Source of the DNA: Escherichia phage PP01
Sequence record: NC_054930.1
Length of the DNA: 64,000 bases
Reading direction: 5' to 3' (one strand)
How positions within the stretch are numbered: position 1 is the stretch's first letter; each line of letters opens with the position of its first letter. The notes below the pieces were generated by a model. That model did no database searches. It saw only the letters and a program-made list of their open reading frames with translations, and was not told the origin of the DNA. The position numbers were made by a program, and so were the translations under genes. Of this stretch, positions 1 through 9,466 are shown piece after piece.

Positions 1-11
1 AATTTTCCTTA

Positions 12-2189
12 TTAGGCCGCAAGGGCCTTCATAGTTTTAGCGATTTGGGAAACTTCATCATCACTTAAAGAGTTGCGATAACCGATGAAGTCAGAAACAA
101 TACGGAATTTCTTGGTAAACTCAGCAACCATTTTATCACTGTTTTTTGAAGCATTATTTGATAATACATCAAAAAGATTAGTTACTGTCCAGATGTCATG
201 ACCGATGGTATCTTTTCCACCATTAAAATATACACCCTGTAATGAACTAACCATATTAGCGAGTCGTGTATATTCTTCAGAAACTTCATCTACACTGAAG
301 TACTTCATCATAAAATCTAATTCAGGATACTTGATAATTTTATCAATATATCGTTTAGCTGAACTTGAATAACCTACATACTTATCATAATCTACATCAT
401 CAAAAGCATCTACATATAAATCACGCAAAGCTTCAAAAATACATTGGCACTGACCGAGTTCTTTTACCTTTTTCTGTAAAAGCGGACGAATAACATAAAA
501 TTCATTAATGCCAATAAGATTAGCCATACGAATCAAAATATTCATAGATGGATGACAAAGAGATGTAGTACCATCCATAGAGAAAATATCAGAACGATGC
601 ATATACGCTACATAACCAGTAATTTCATCTGCTTCTGATGTGAGCGTAAATAATTCCTCTTTTTCCCACCGCCCGTCTTTAATTTCAAACTTAAATGCTG
701 TAGCAGCTTTAGGACAAGGAGCTTTACTTTTAACTACCTTTGGAATATAACTTTTTACTAAAGCTTCAATTTCTGACAAATAATGAATGTTAACTTCATC
801 ACTTTCAAACATCGCCATAATATCAGGAAGTAAATCAATCTGTGATTCTACTTCCGGATTAATAAACAGAAGACGCTCATTGTGATGAATATTTAAAGTG
901 TTATTAAATTCTTTATCATCTAACGCATGTGCTAATCCACGGACAATATTAACACGATTTTTAATATTATCAATAACGATATTAATTTTTGTTGTATTAA
1001 TACCAAACAGACGATAACTTGATGCAACGGCTGAAGTTTCATGACTTTGCTTAATGCGTTTCAGTCGAGGGTCAAGATTTACTTCATACACAACTCCTGC
1101 ATTGCATAACTTACTATCAGGTTCAAACATGCTTTGCATCTTCTTATATGACAGATTTTTAGTCGTAAATTTGACTGAATTACTAATCATATAATCTCGA
1201 GCAGAATACCCCATCTTCATCAATTCACGGTATGTGTGACGAGGAGATGTAGATTCTTTAAATCGTTTTACATCTTCATTAAATGCTTTCTCACTGAGTT
1301 CTTTAACTCGTTCAATAATATTTTTACGAGTACGATCATCCAGTGAAAGAGCCTCACGAGATGGAGCAATATCAAGTGAACCCATTGGAAACTTAATGTA
1401 ATTCACTTCATTGCGAATGCTTAGCCAGTTACGGTCTCTAATAACACCATCGATAGGATAAACAATACCGCCATAGATAGCATATAATCCACCACGATCA
1501 GGCCAGTATCTTTCTGGATTTACGCCATAATAATCATCAAAATCCGGAAAATAATCAATTTCGCGGTCAAGACCATTAATGATAGCCAAATCTTTGAACG
1601 GTCGCATGATATAAGAAACTTCATAAGCAAAGTTTCTAAAGTCTTTTTCTTCAACTGGAACTACGATTTCAATACCAGTTTTATCATCTGGACCCATTTC
1701 TTTTACGAATGTAGGTTTAATCTGTGGACCATCACCATCCATATAAGCTACATAACCACGAATTTCACCTTTATGGTATGAAGTAATACTAAACGTATCA
1801 GTATAACTAAATGGAGATTTAGAACCTAAACCAAATCCACCAATGAAATCGTTAGATTCAGCCTTAGATGAACTGAAGTATGAATTATACAGACCAGGAG
1901 AATTATCATCACCCTGAATATCAAAATCACTCATACCCGGACCAAAATCTCGACAAACAAATCGTGGATCTAAACGTCCAGGAACTTGTATGATAAATTT
2001 TTCAGGATTTCCATTGAGTGCATGGGCATCAATCATGTTAGTAATCAATTCACGGACTACTGCGCGAATTTTGTTTGTATACAAATCAGATGACAGAATT
2101 TTAAATACTTTAGGAGATGCTGTGATGCTAAATGCTTTTGATTTAGAACCATTACCAAGAATTGTTTCTTTTTCAGTGGTGATAATCAT
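12..2189 (-). CDS. rIIA: rIIA protein (lysis inhibition / rapid-lysis locus)
   Basis: 725-aa ORF; length, N-terminus and position at the window start match T4 rIIA. Confidence 0.93.
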   Translation of the reverse strand: MIITTEKETILGNGSKSKAFSITASPKVFKILSSDLYTNKIRAVVRELITNMIDAHALNGNPEKFIIQVPGRLDPRFVCRDFGPGMSDFDIQGDDNSPGLYNSYFSSSKAESNDFIGGFGLGSKSPFSYTDTFSITSYHKGEIRGYVAYMDGDGPQIKPTFVKEMGPDDKTGIEIVVPVEEKDFRNFAYEVSYIMRPFKDLAIINGLDREIDYFPDFDDYYGVNPERYWPDRGGLYAIYGGIVYPIDGVIRDRNWLSIRNEVNYIKFPMGSLDIAPSREALSLDDRTRKNIIERVKELSEKAFNEDVKRFKESTSPRHTYRELMKMGYSARDYMISNSVKFTTKNLSYKKMQSMFEPDSKLCNAGVVYEVNLDPRLKRIKQSHETSAVASSYRLFGINTTKINIVIDNIKNRVNIVRGLAHALDDKEFNNTLNIHHNERLLFINPEVESQIDLLPDIMAMFESDEVNIHYLSEIEALVKSYIPKVVKSKAPCPKAATAFKFEIKDGRWEKEELFTLTSEADEITGYVAYMHRSDIFSMDGTTSLCHPSMNILIRMANLIGINEFYVIRPLLQKKVKELGQCQCIFEALRDLYVDAFDDVDYDKYVGYSSSAKRYIDKIIKYPELDFMMKYFSVDEVSEEYTRLANMVSSLQGVYFNGGKDTIGHDIWTVTNLFDVLSNNASKNSDKMVAEFTKKFRIVSDFIGYRNSLSDDEVSQIAKTMKALAA

Positions 2190-2199
2190 AATTTCCTCA

Positions 2200-2403
2200 T
2201 TAATTCATATTGCGTTTAATAACTTCAGCAACTTCTAGTAGTTCATCTTTAGTTGCGGTGTCGGATTGAATTTTATCTCTAATATCTTTAAAGCGGTTTT
2301 TAAATTCTTCGGCTTCTCCCATATCGAAAAAGCGTTGAATGATTCTATATTCTCGATGAACTGCTTTATCAAAAAGTTCTAAATTTACTTTATATGATTT
2401 CAT
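2200..2403 (-). CDS. rIIA.1: rIIA.1-like small protein
   Basis: 67-aa ORF between rIIA and the topoisomerase gene; GAGGA Shine-Dalgarno upstream; early promoter at 2429-2458. Confidence 0.65.
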   Translation of the reverse strand: MKSYKVNLELFDKAVHREYRIIQRFFDMGEAEEFKNRFKDIRDKIQSDTATKDELLEVAEVIKRNMN

Positions 2404-2428
2404 TTCAATATCCTCATTTGCCCAATTA

Positions 2429-2458
2429 ATTATACCACATCCTTGTGGTAAAGTAAAC
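2429..2458 (-). promoter_or_regulatory. T4-type early promoter (minus strand)
   Basis: Minus-strand GTTTAC, 18 bp, TATAAT preceded by GTGG; upstream of rIIA.1. Confidence 0.65.
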
Positions 2459-4278
2459 TACTGGCTCATCCATTCTTTGCGAAGGTCAGCATTATCTCCC
2501 ATGAGCATTTCAAAAAGCTCTTTCCAGTTCTCAGGAAGTTTAACAACATCATATACTGGATTTTGAATCATCTCACGATATTCAGATTTTTCCAAAGAGC
2601 CAAGTCCCTTAATATAACGGATGCTATGTTTAGGTAGAGCATCTTTGGCACTCTCATATTCAGCGACTGTATAAAACCATTCTTGTTTTTTACCGACTTG
2701 AGCGATGATTACAGGAGTTTTGACAAAGCGAATTCGTCCTTGCTCAAACAGTTCTGGCCAATTACTAAAAAATCCAAGAAGAGAAGGATAAATGCTTCCT
2801 AAACCATCATGGTCAGCATCGGTCATAATAGCAATATTATGATAATTCAAGTTTTCAGCTTTTTCACCAAGAACTAATCCAGTGATTGCGCAAATATCAA
2901 ATAGTTCTTTGTTTTTAAGCATATCAGCATATGACATACCCCAACTGTTGAGAACTTTACCGCGCAATGGATAACCACCGTGAAGTTCTTTATCACGAAC
3001 ATCAATAAGATATCCGATAGCAGAATCACCCTCAGTCAAGAAAAGAGTAGTGTCAGCATCTTTACCGCAAAGATTCGCTTTGATATGTTTATGAACCTTA
3101 GCTTTAGAAGCCTTTTTAGCTGCTTTAGTTTCTGCTGCTTTTTCTGCTGCCAATTTACGGGCCAAGGCAGCTTCAATAATTGGCATCAGAATTGCTTCAT
3201 TATTTAAAATAGCGCGTGAAATCTTTTTAGCATCAAGTTGAATATGACTACGAATTTCGCCAAATGGAGAAGTCAAACGCTCTTTAGTTTGAGAATCAAA
3301 TCGCATGTTTTTCATATCACGGACAAACATAACGATAGTCAAACATTCTTTGACACGTGCTTTAGTTACATCAATTTTGAACTTACGTTTGATTTGTGGA
3401 ATAAGGTCTTCACAAATATCATCCATAACACAGTCAATGTGATGGCCACCATTCTTAGTGTGAATGTTATTCACGTAAGTTAATTGACGAAATCCATCCG
3501 GTGAACGACCAACCGCAATAGAACAATTTTCTTGTTCTTGAACAATAGCATGTTCATCATATTGGCGTGCATATTTCTTAAAATTACCCTGAACCTTTTT
3601 ACCGTTAAAGGTAAATTGAATATCAGGATAAACTACTGCAAGTGTCTGGAGACGATCCAGTGTAATGTCAAGATAAACTTGAGATAGCTCATTAGTTTCA
3701 AATGACATAAAATCAGGAATGAAAGTAACGCGAGTTCCTTTCCATTTTCCAGGAATAGTTTCCCATGATTTATTTTCCATGCCATTTGAACAACGAACCA
3801 CAATATTATTTTGACCGTCGCCAGTTTCACCGACAAACATCACAGAAAAAATGTTAGTTAAACTAGAACCAACACCGTTCATACCGCCAGTGACGCGTTC
3901 TTTATCATCACCAAAGTTGCCGCCTGCTTTTGGAATAGTCCAGGCGGCAACAGGACCAGGAATTTCTTCACCAGTAGGTGTTTTAACCATCGCTTGTGGA
4001 ATACCGCGACCGTTATCTTCAACTGTTACTTGATTGTTTTTAATAGTAACATTAATTTTATTCGCGAATTTAAACTTAGTACGAATACCTTCATCTACTG
4101 AGTTATCGATAATTTCATCAATAAGCTTAACAAGACCAGGTACATACTGAACACTTTCCCATTTACCAAACAGAAAGCGCTCATGCATTTCATTAGCAGA
4201 AGAACCAATGTACATGCCGCTACGCTTTTTGATATGTTCAATATCGCTCAGAATTTTAATTTCATTCTTAATCATCAC
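2458..4278 (-). CDS. 39: DNA topoisomerase II large subunit (GyrB-like ATPase + Toprim), uninterrupted
   Basis: 606-aa continuous ORF; GHKL ATPase motifs (DNGRGIP), Toprim LTEGDSA; corresponds to T4 gp39 plus gp60 as one gene. Confidence 0.9.
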   Translation of the reverse strand: MMIKNEIKILSDIEHIKKRSGMYIGSSANEMHERFLFGKWESVQYVPGLVKLIDEIIDNSVDEGIRTKFKFANKINVTIKNNQVTVEDNGRGIPQAMVKTPTGEEIPGPVAAWTIPKAGGNFGDDKERVTGGMNGVGSSLTNIFSVMFVGETGDGQNNIVVRCSNGMENKSWETIPGKWKGTRVTFIPDFMSFETNELSQVYLDITLDRLQTLAVVYPDIQFTFNGKKVQGNFKKYARQYDEHAIVQEQENCSIAVGRSPDGFRQLTYVNNIHTKNGGHHIDCVMDDICEDLIPQIKRKFKIDVTKARVKECLTIVMFVRDMKNMRFDSQTKERLTSPFGEIRSHIQLDAKKISRAILNNEAILMPIIEAALARKLAAEKAAETKAAKKASKAKVHKHIKANLCGKDADTTLFLTEGDSAIGYLIDVRDKELHGGYPLRGKVLNSWGMSYADMLKNKELFDICAITGLVLGEKAENLNYHNIAIMTDADHDGLGSIYPSLLGFFSNWPELFEQGRIRFVKTPVIIAQVGKKQEWFYTVAEYESAKDALPKHSIRYIKGLGSLEKSEYREMIQNPVYDVVKLPENWKELFEMLMGDNADLRKEWMSQ

Positions 4279-4327
4279 TTATCCTCGTTTGGTTTCGGGA
4301 ATATTATACTCCGGTAATCATAAAGCT

Positions 4328-4345
4328 AAAGGCCCGAAGGCCTTT
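4328..4345. terminator. palindromic GC hairpin (AAAGGCC-CGAA-GGCCTTT)
   Basis: Perfect stem with CGAA loop between the lipoprotein gene and gene 39; the T-run is better on the plus strand. Confidence 0.4.
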
Positions 4346-4617
4346 TATTTAAAACGGATAGTCGAATCCTTGAAGAATAGACCAGAACATACTGTTCCTT
4401 CTACTTTCTGCCCGGTAGGTCCAATAGCACGAAATCCAGTATGCTGGAAATCATTTTCAGAGCAACCGAACCAGTTGTATCCAGTGATTTCAATATTAGT
4501 AAAACCGCTTGAAGACAAAATTTTGGTTGCATTATCAGCATCAGTACATCCTACTAAAGATACTGCTAATACTAATGCTGCGATAGAACGATTAACATAT
4601 TTCATAATTTCACTCAA
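4345..4617 (-). CDS. putative lipoprotein
   Basis: 90 aa; N-terminal signal peptide with lipobox LVGC. Confidence 0.5.
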   Translation of the reverse strand: MSEIMKYVNRSIAALVLAVSLVGCTDADNATKILSSSGFTNIEITGYNWFGCSENDFQHTGFRAIGPTGQKVEGTVCSGLFFKDSTIRFK

Positions 4618-4981
4618 ATTTAATGGCTTGAAGAAGACTAATAATTCTCAAGCGACTTCTTTCATCTTTAACTGTAAAAGAAAGAGGGTCGCCAGATTTC
4701 ATAGTGATAGTGCATTCAAAATCAAAATCTTCAGGAACTTCTTCGAAGAAGTCAAATTCTTCATCATAAATTAGAACATTACTCTGAAAACTGTGAAGAA
4801 TTTTTCCATCATTTCCAGATGCTGTACTAATCATTGTAACATTATGGCCTTTCATATCTTCAACGATAAATTCGCTTGTAGATATTACGGCATTAATAGA
4901 ACCATTCCTATAAATAGAAGAAAGCAGATATTTCTTTTCTTCACCTTCGCGAACACGATATTTCTTACCGATTTTAAACAT
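4610..4981 (-). CDS. hypothetical protein
   Basis: 123-aa ORF in the co-oriented early gene chain. Confidence 0.45.
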   Translation of the reverse strand: MFKIGKKYRVREGEEKKYLLSSIYRNGSINAVISTSEFIVEDMKGHNVTMISTASGNDGKILHSFQSNVLIYDEEFDFFEEVPEDFDFECTITMKSGDPLSFTVKDERSRLRIISLLQAIKFE

Positions 4982-4983
4982 AA

Positions 4984-5160
4984 TTACCCTTTAAGTAAGT
5001 CGTAAAAACCACCATTCACATGCTTAGGAGCAGAAGGCCGACGAGTAGACAAACGATGACATTTAGGGCAAACATCATTTTCTCGTTCAGAAATCTTTTT
5101 AATTTTTTCATATTCATGCCCGCAATCTTCGGATTGGCATTTATAATCATACATTGGCAT
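4984..5160 (-). CDS. small zinc-ribbon protein
   Basis: 58-codon ORF found by hand (below ORF-track cutoff); two CxxC pairs (CQSEDC ... CPKC); fills gap between flanking genes. Confidence 0.4.
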   Translation of the reverse strand: MPMYDYKCQSEDCGHEYEKIKKISERENDVCPKCHRLSTRRPSAPKHVNGGFYDLLKG

Positions 5161-5162
5161 AA

Positions 5163-5582
5163 TTATTCCTTAAAGTGTGCTTTCAACATCTGATACAAGG
5201 ACCATGCCTGTTCATTATTTTCAATAGTAACTTTCATGACAGGAAATTCTGTGAAATCTTCTATTTGTTCTTGCTCTTCCTGCTCTTGCTCTTCAGCTGC
5301 CTGATATGGATTTTCCACTTCATCAAAGAACTCAGCTTCGTTAGTAGAAAGCCAGATAAAGTTTTCATCAAGGATATCACCATGTTTTGCATATCCAATT
5401 GTGCCAGTAAATGACATAATTTTAGTAGGACGACCAAGATGGTCAGCATCTAAAATTTTAAAAGGATGCATACCTAAACGGCGTGCATAGATTCCGTTAT
5501 CAGTATGGTCTTTAATAAAAGCTTCTTGAGCCTGTTTATTTTTAAATTGATACCATTTATTAACTTCAAATCTAATAGCCAT
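5163..5582 (-). CDS. hypothetical protein with acidic [10 protein letters not shown] tract
   Basis: 139-aa ORF; strongly acidic stretch near C-terminus. Confidence 0.5.
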   Translation of the reverse strand: MAIRFEVNKWYQFKNKQAQEAFIKDHTDNGIYARRLGMHPFKILDADHLGRPTKIMSFTGTIGYAKHGDILDENFIWLSTNEAEFFDEVENPYQAAEEQEQEEQEQIEDFTEFPVMKVTIENNEQAWSLYQMLKAHFKE

Positions 5583-5797
5583 TAATAAATTTCCTTCCAG
5601 TAAGTTGTGCCATCTTCAGTAATTTCACGAAATACACCGTAAATTGGCTGTTTATCACCAACCTTTTCATACACATAAACCGAAGTCAAGTGAGTAAACT
5701 TAACAGTATGTTCCTTTTGAACCACTACCAAATCTGGATCGAATAATACATCTTCAAATTCGTCATTAGTGCATTTCTGAACAGTTTTACGTTTCAT
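5582..5797 (-). CDS. hypothetical protein (size and position compatible with T4 cef)
   Basis: 71-aa ORF; start overlaps upstream stop. Confidence 0.45.
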   Translation of the reverse strand: MKRKTVQKCTNDEFEDVLFDPDLVVVQKEHTVKFTHLTSVYVYEKVGDKQPIYGVFREITEDGTTYWKEIY

Positions 5798-5810
5798 TAC
5801 AATTTCCTCA

Positions 5811-6080
5811 TTAATTGAACAGTGGAGCGATGCGTTTCAGAAGAGTGGCAGCACCTTTGGCGAATTTTACATCATGAAAAACAGTTTCTTCTTCCGTTAC
5901 AACACGAGCTTTAATGTTTTCACAATCCCAATTTTTACGAACAATCTTCAAAAGCTGCAGTAAATCTTTACATTCAGCAATATCGATAACACATCCATGA
6001 GAATCTTCCATTATCGCACGATAACCATAAGCCATACCATAATCGTTGAAAGACTGTTCGATGATAATTAAGTTTTCCAT
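5811..6080 (-). CDS. hypothetical protein
   Basis: ORF track gives 5811-6092 (MENKM start); the ATG at 6080 follows the GGAG Shine-Dalgarno of a repeated start cassette and is the likelier start. Confidence 0.45.
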   Translation of the reverse strand: MENLIIIEQSFNDYGMAYGYRAIMEDSHGCVIDIAECKDLLQLLKIVRKNWDCENIKARVVTEEETVFHDVKFAKGAATLLKRIAPLFN

Positions 6081-6187
6081 TTTATTCTCCAAGTTGTTTT
6101 CTGTATCAGTAGTTGATATTGATATAGTACCATAATCAACTACTGATGTATATAGTTTTATGAAAAAATTTTAAACTTTATGCAAAT

Positions 6188-6607
6188 TTATGCTAAAGCT
6201 GCTTCGCACCATTTTTTAATTTGGAATTCAGGAACTACCATGAACTGGCCTGCAAAAACAATATTGTAGAGCTTGACACCATCTTCTACCCAACGGTCCG
6301 AAATAAAACCAGCGACTTGATTCGTTGTCCATGGAGTTCCATCTGTTGCCGCCGCAATTGTGAATTTATGGTCTTTTACAACTAAAACTGAAGAACAAAG
6401 TTTCCATTTAAATGCGCTTTCTTCTGGCTCAATGAATTGGCTTGAGACATAACCAATGTTACCATCAGCGTCACGAACTTTAACCTCGTTACGACCAAAA
6501 ACTGGATCACTTACAGAAAGAACTTCAACCAGCTTTCCTGCAACTTTAGAACGAGAAGCAACGGATACATATACGTAATCACCAGTAGAGAGATTTACAA
6601 TATTCAT
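6188..6607 (-). CDS. MotB-like paralogue (KOW-like N-terminus)
   Basis: 139 aa; shares RSKxAGxLVEV and C-terminal WxEDGxxLYNxVFxGxF motifs with the next two ORFs. Confidence 0.5.
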   Translation of the reverse strand: MNIVNLSTGDYVYVSVASRSKVAGKLVEVLSVSDPVFGRNEVKVRDADGNIGYVSSQFIEPEESAFKWKLCSSVLVVKDHKFTIAAATDGTPWTTNQVAGFISDRWVEDGVKLYNIVFAGQFMVVPEFQIKKWCEAALA

Positions 6608-6616
6608 AATAATTCC

Positions 6617-7093
6617 TTAAGCTTTACGAGGAGAAGCATAACGAATGATTTCAGATTCTTCAACAACCCGGAAGTCACCTAAAAATACAATATTGTATAG
6701 CTTTTTACCATCTTCAATCCATTGGTCTGTAATGAAGCCACACATCCTATCAGTTTTACTTGGACCAGCGAAATCATCAATATAATCGAATTTTTCAGCA
6801 GTTACAAATTCAACGCCTTTGCACAACGGCCATTTAAATTGTGCATTAGACTTAGTGGATTCAACTTCTTTAACAGAAGCAAAATGAGCGCTAACATGAG
6901 TTTCCAGAAATTTAGGACTTACGTAAGCGTACTGAGTTTCAATTTTTCCAGAACTAGGAATGATTCGAACTTTAACTTCTTTAACACGACCAGTACCATT
7001 AGTACGAAGTCCTACCACTTCAACTAGACGACCTGCAGCTTTAGAACGGGATTTATCAGATACACGAGCAATTTCACCAATATTAATAATCAT
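6617..7093 (-). CDS. motB: MotB-like DNA-binding protein
   Basis: 158 aa, near T4 MotB size and position; KOW-like N-terminal motif; paralogous to neighbours. Confidence 0.45.
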   Translation of the reverse strand: MIINIGEIARVSDKSRSKAAGRLVEVVGLRTNGTGRVKEVKVRIIPSSGKIETQYAYVSPKFLETHVSAHFASVKEVESTKSNAQFKWPLCKGVEFVTAEKFDYIDDFAGPSKTDRMCGFITDQWIEDGKKLYNIVFLGDFRVVEESEIIRYASPRKA

Positions 7094-7137
7094 AGTTATC
7101 TCTCACTTGTTAAAAAGATTTTATACTCCGCGGGACC

Positions 7138-7167
7138 ATTATACTCTGGTCCCAAGAGTTTGTAAAC
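7138..7167 (-). promoter_or_regulatory. early promoter; -10 region embedded in an inverted repeat
   Basis: GTTTAC / TATAAT with 18-bp spacing; -10 lies in the loop of GGGACCA...TGGTCCC. Confidence 0.5.
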
Positions 7168-7169
7168 TA

Positions 7170-7712
7170 TTAATTTAAAATAGCTACCACAGCACTACGA
7201 GGTACTACACTAAAATCACCTGCATGAACAACGTTCAGAAGTTCAACACCATCTTCAACCCACTGGTCTGTTACCCAACCACAGACCGAAATAAATGGGG
7301 TCTTGATAGCTACAGCACGAGTTAGAAGGTCGGTAGGGTCTTGTTCTTCAACTTCTTGGAACAGGATGAACTCTGCTTCATAAACCAGGATTTTCTCCAT
7401 TTTGTTATTGTCTAAACGACGACCGTGGACAATATAAGATTTAGTAAACCATTTACTTTTTTCAAAGTCTTCAACGGTAAATTCGCCTTCGCCAAAAACA
7501 TCAGTCAAAGTTTTATGGCCGGAAATCAAGGCATTAGTTTTAATTTCAGGTTCAACCAGTTTGTAGGTTTTGCCGATTTCAATAGCAGTAGTCATAGTAG
7601 GTTCCTTAATTTCCAGTGGTTTAACAGGGCATACATAAGTGCTTACAACATCAAAATCAATCAGTTTAGCTACCGGATTTGGTGTGTATTCAGGATTATA
7701 ATTAAATTTCAT
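7170..7712 (-). CDS. MotB C-terminal-domain paralogue
   Basis: 180 aa; C-terminal QWVEDGVELLNVVHAGDFSVV matches the family motif. Confidence 0.45.
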   Translation of the reverse strand: MKFNYNPEYTPNPVAKLIDFDVVSTYVCPVKPLEIKEPTMTTAIEIGKTYKLVEPEIKTNALISGHKTLTDVFGEGEFTVEDFEKSKWFTKSYIVHGRRLDNNKMEKILVYEAEFILFQEVEEQDPTDLLTRAVAIKTPFISVCGWVTDQWVEDGVELLNVVHAGDFSVVPRSAVVAILN

Positions 7713-7714
7713 AT

Positions 7715-8218
7715 TTATCTCATTTCAATAAAATCTACGAGTTCAGCATGCGATTTACGGAACATTACTTGGTGTCCGCCAATTATAACTTCATCTTCAG
7801 GAACTTCGTATACAGCGAGATAAAATCCTTTGGAAGATAATTCTTCACGCTCTTCTCGAGTAAACCATCTCATCATATCATATTCACTAGCGAAAGCAAA
7901 ATGATAAAGAGCTATAAACCATCCTGGAATATAGTGATCTACGCCTACATATTCCTCTTTCTCAAATTTAGTATTAATTGCTATATTAGCATTTTTAACT
8001 AATAATTTGTCTTCGCGCGGAAGAGGAATTCTTTTGTTATCATTACTATGATGTGTAAAATTAGGTCTATCATAACCTACGTGTAATAACCACTCTTCGC
8101 TCCATGAATCTATTATACTCCTGTATGGCGTTATTTGAACACAAAGATTTCGACGTATTGTTATAGCATCTTCACAATTAAGAATACTAAACGATGATTC
8201 AACACGATAAATTTTCAT
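7715..8218 (-). CDS. hypothetical protein
   Basis: ORF track 7715-8257; start moved to the Met at 8218, which lies downstream of the early promoter at 8246-8275 and has a GAGGA Shine-Dalgarno. Confidence 0.4.
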   Translation of the reverse strand: MKIYRVESSFSILNCEDAITIRRNLCVQITPYRSIIDSWSEEWLLHVGYDRPNFTHHSNDNKRIPLPREDKLLVKNANIAINTKFEKEEYVGVDHYIPGWFIALYHFAFASEYDMMRWFTREEREELSSKGFYLAVYEVPEDEVIIGGHQVMFRKSHAELVDFIEMR

Positions 8219-8245
8219 TTTATTATCCTCAGTAGCTATGGTGTT

Positions 8246-8275
8246 ATAATACCACAACTAACCGAGGAAGTAAAC
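8246..8275 (-). promoter_or_regulatory. early promoter
   Basis: GTTTAC, 18 bp, TATTAT with GTGG extension. Confidence 0.5.
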
Positions 8276-8281
8276 AACTTT

Positions 8282-8965
8282 TTATCGTTTTGTTGGAAGA
8301 GAAAGAGGATCGCACTCTTCCTCTGACGGAGCATCTTCAAGACCCATAGCATATCGCAAAGCATACTTCATCATCAGGATGTCTTTCGCACAGTCATGAA
8401 TAGAATCATGTGCAACGAATCCATCTAAAGTTCCCTTTGGAAGAGGACACGTGGTCATATCACGAACAAGCAGAAGTGCTTCAATTCTGGTACGAATATC
8501 ACGTTGATTCCAGAATTTACATGGTTCTAACTTAAATGTGTCAAGTTCATTCTCAGAAACGCCGTTAAGACGCTGAATATCGCGAATGAGATCGACTAAA
8601 ATTGGAAAATCAAACGACATTCCACGGCACCAGCCTTGAGATTTCCAAGGATCGATGTTATGTGCATTGATGTAATCATTAAATTTTGCAATACCATCGA
8701 TAGTGCTTACATCTTCATCTGATGGTGCAATATTTTTTCGAGCTTCAGGAGACTGATTTTTCCACCATTCGATAGTGCTTTTAGTAAAAAGACGATGTCC
8801 TTTTTGGCTTTTTAAATCAAACTTGATTTTAATGCCGCGTGAAACTAATTCATCAAATGTTTCAACTACTTCTGGATTAGGGTCAAAGGCAATAACAGCC
8901 AAATCAATAACAGCTGCCTTTTCACCGCTTCCCATTGTTTCAAAATCTATAATAAAATCAAACAT
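8282..8965 (-). CDS. dexA: exonuclease A (DnaQ-like 3'-5' exonuclease)
   Basis: 227 aa as in T4 DexA; DEDD-type exo motif IIDFETMG. Confidence 0.85.
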   Translation of the reverse strand: MFDFIIDFETMGSGEKAAVIDLAVIAFDPNPEVVETFDELVSRGIKIKFDLKSQKGHRLFTKSTIEWWKNQSPEARKNIAPSDEDVSTIDGIAKFNDYINAHNIDPWKSQGWCRGMSFDFPILVDLIRDIQRLNGVSENELDTFKLEPCKFWNQRDIRTRIEALLLVRDMTTCPLPKGTLDGFVAHDSIHDCAKDILMMKYALRYAMGLEDAPSEEECDPLSLPTKR

Positions 8966-9240
8966 TAAATTTTCCTCGCTAAATCGCGAATTTGACCTAC
9001 AGTATAATCTTGGATATAAACTTTATTAATGGGCTCATCAATAAATTTTGCCATAGATTCAATATCTTTTTGTATCTCTTCAAGACTGTATACTATCTTT
9101 AAAGCTTTTTCGCGAATAGTAACATTATCAGGTCCTGAATTTTCTTGAATGACAGCTTTAACATTTGCCATAAGAGATTTAAACTGATGCAAACTTAATT
9201 CAATCATTAATAACCGCCTTATAAAGATGGCTAATTTCAC
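8965..9240 (-). CDS. small hypothetical protein (dexA.1 position)
   Basis: 91-aa ORF; C-terminus paralogous to the next ORF. Confidence 0.45.
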   Translation of the reverse strand: MKLAIFIRRLLMIELSLHQFKSLMANVKAVIQENSGPDNVTIREKALKIVYSLEEIQKDIESMAKFIDEPINKVYIQDYTVGQIRDLARKI

Positions 9241-9445
9241 CTAAAACATAATCACTGATTGTAACAGTTTTCACTTCACCGCAAAAGAATTCTAATGCAA
9301 TCAAATCTCGTTCAATTTCTTCCAATTGAAGCATTAACTTGCCCGATTCAATTTTCACGTTTTTGCGATTTTTACTATAAGCTATTTCATAAATTTCGCT
9401 CACTTTATCTTGAAGCAGATAAAACTGGTCTTTAGTTATTTCCAC
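9200..9445 (-). CDS. small hypothetical protein (dexA.2 position)
   Basis: 81-aa ORF; paralogous to 8965-9240. Confidence 0.45.
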   Translation of the reverse strand: MEITKDQFYLLQDKVSEIYEIAYSKNRKNVKIESGKLMLQLEEIERDLIALEFFCGEVKTVTISDYVLGEISHLYKAVIND

Positions 9446-9466
9446 GAATAGCTTCCTCGAATTTAA

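Noticed and set aside
1990-2238. Plus-strand ORFs of 60-190 codons throughout the window (e.g. 1990-2238, 2980-3207, 4208-4774, 6722-7027, 7425-7823, 10175-10544, 10706-11089, 26991-27278, 30416-30832, 32828-33211, 45466-45879, 62499-62969)
   Set aside because: Each lies antisense within a well-supported minus-strand gene, lacks a Shine-Dalgarno, and encodes low-complexity sequence. The one exception kept is 16637-16837.
2458-3000. Gene 60 translational bypass (50-nt hop) and mobA insertion
   Set aside because: Looked for the take-off GGA-UAG and hairpin; the reading frame is continuous through the whole topoisomerase gene, so the element is absent.
3633-3836. Minus-strand ORFs nested in another frame inside larger minus-strand genes (e.g. 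3633-3836, 5261-5449, 14708-14920, 16292-16528, 23179-23379, 23670-23879, 25703-25888, 26909-27100, 32982-33245, 35944-36165, 41423-41647, 59349-59534)
   Set aside because: They overlap confidently identified genes out of frame and are best explained as chance ORFs in AT-rich sequence.
5811-6092. Shared MENKM N-terminus in four ORFs (5811-6092, 18797-18994, 25266-25514, 52824-53804) as a conserved signal or domain
   Set aside because: It is produced by a repeated GGAGAATAAAATG Shine-Dalgarno/start cassette; the upstream Met (partly TTG) is probably not the true initiator.
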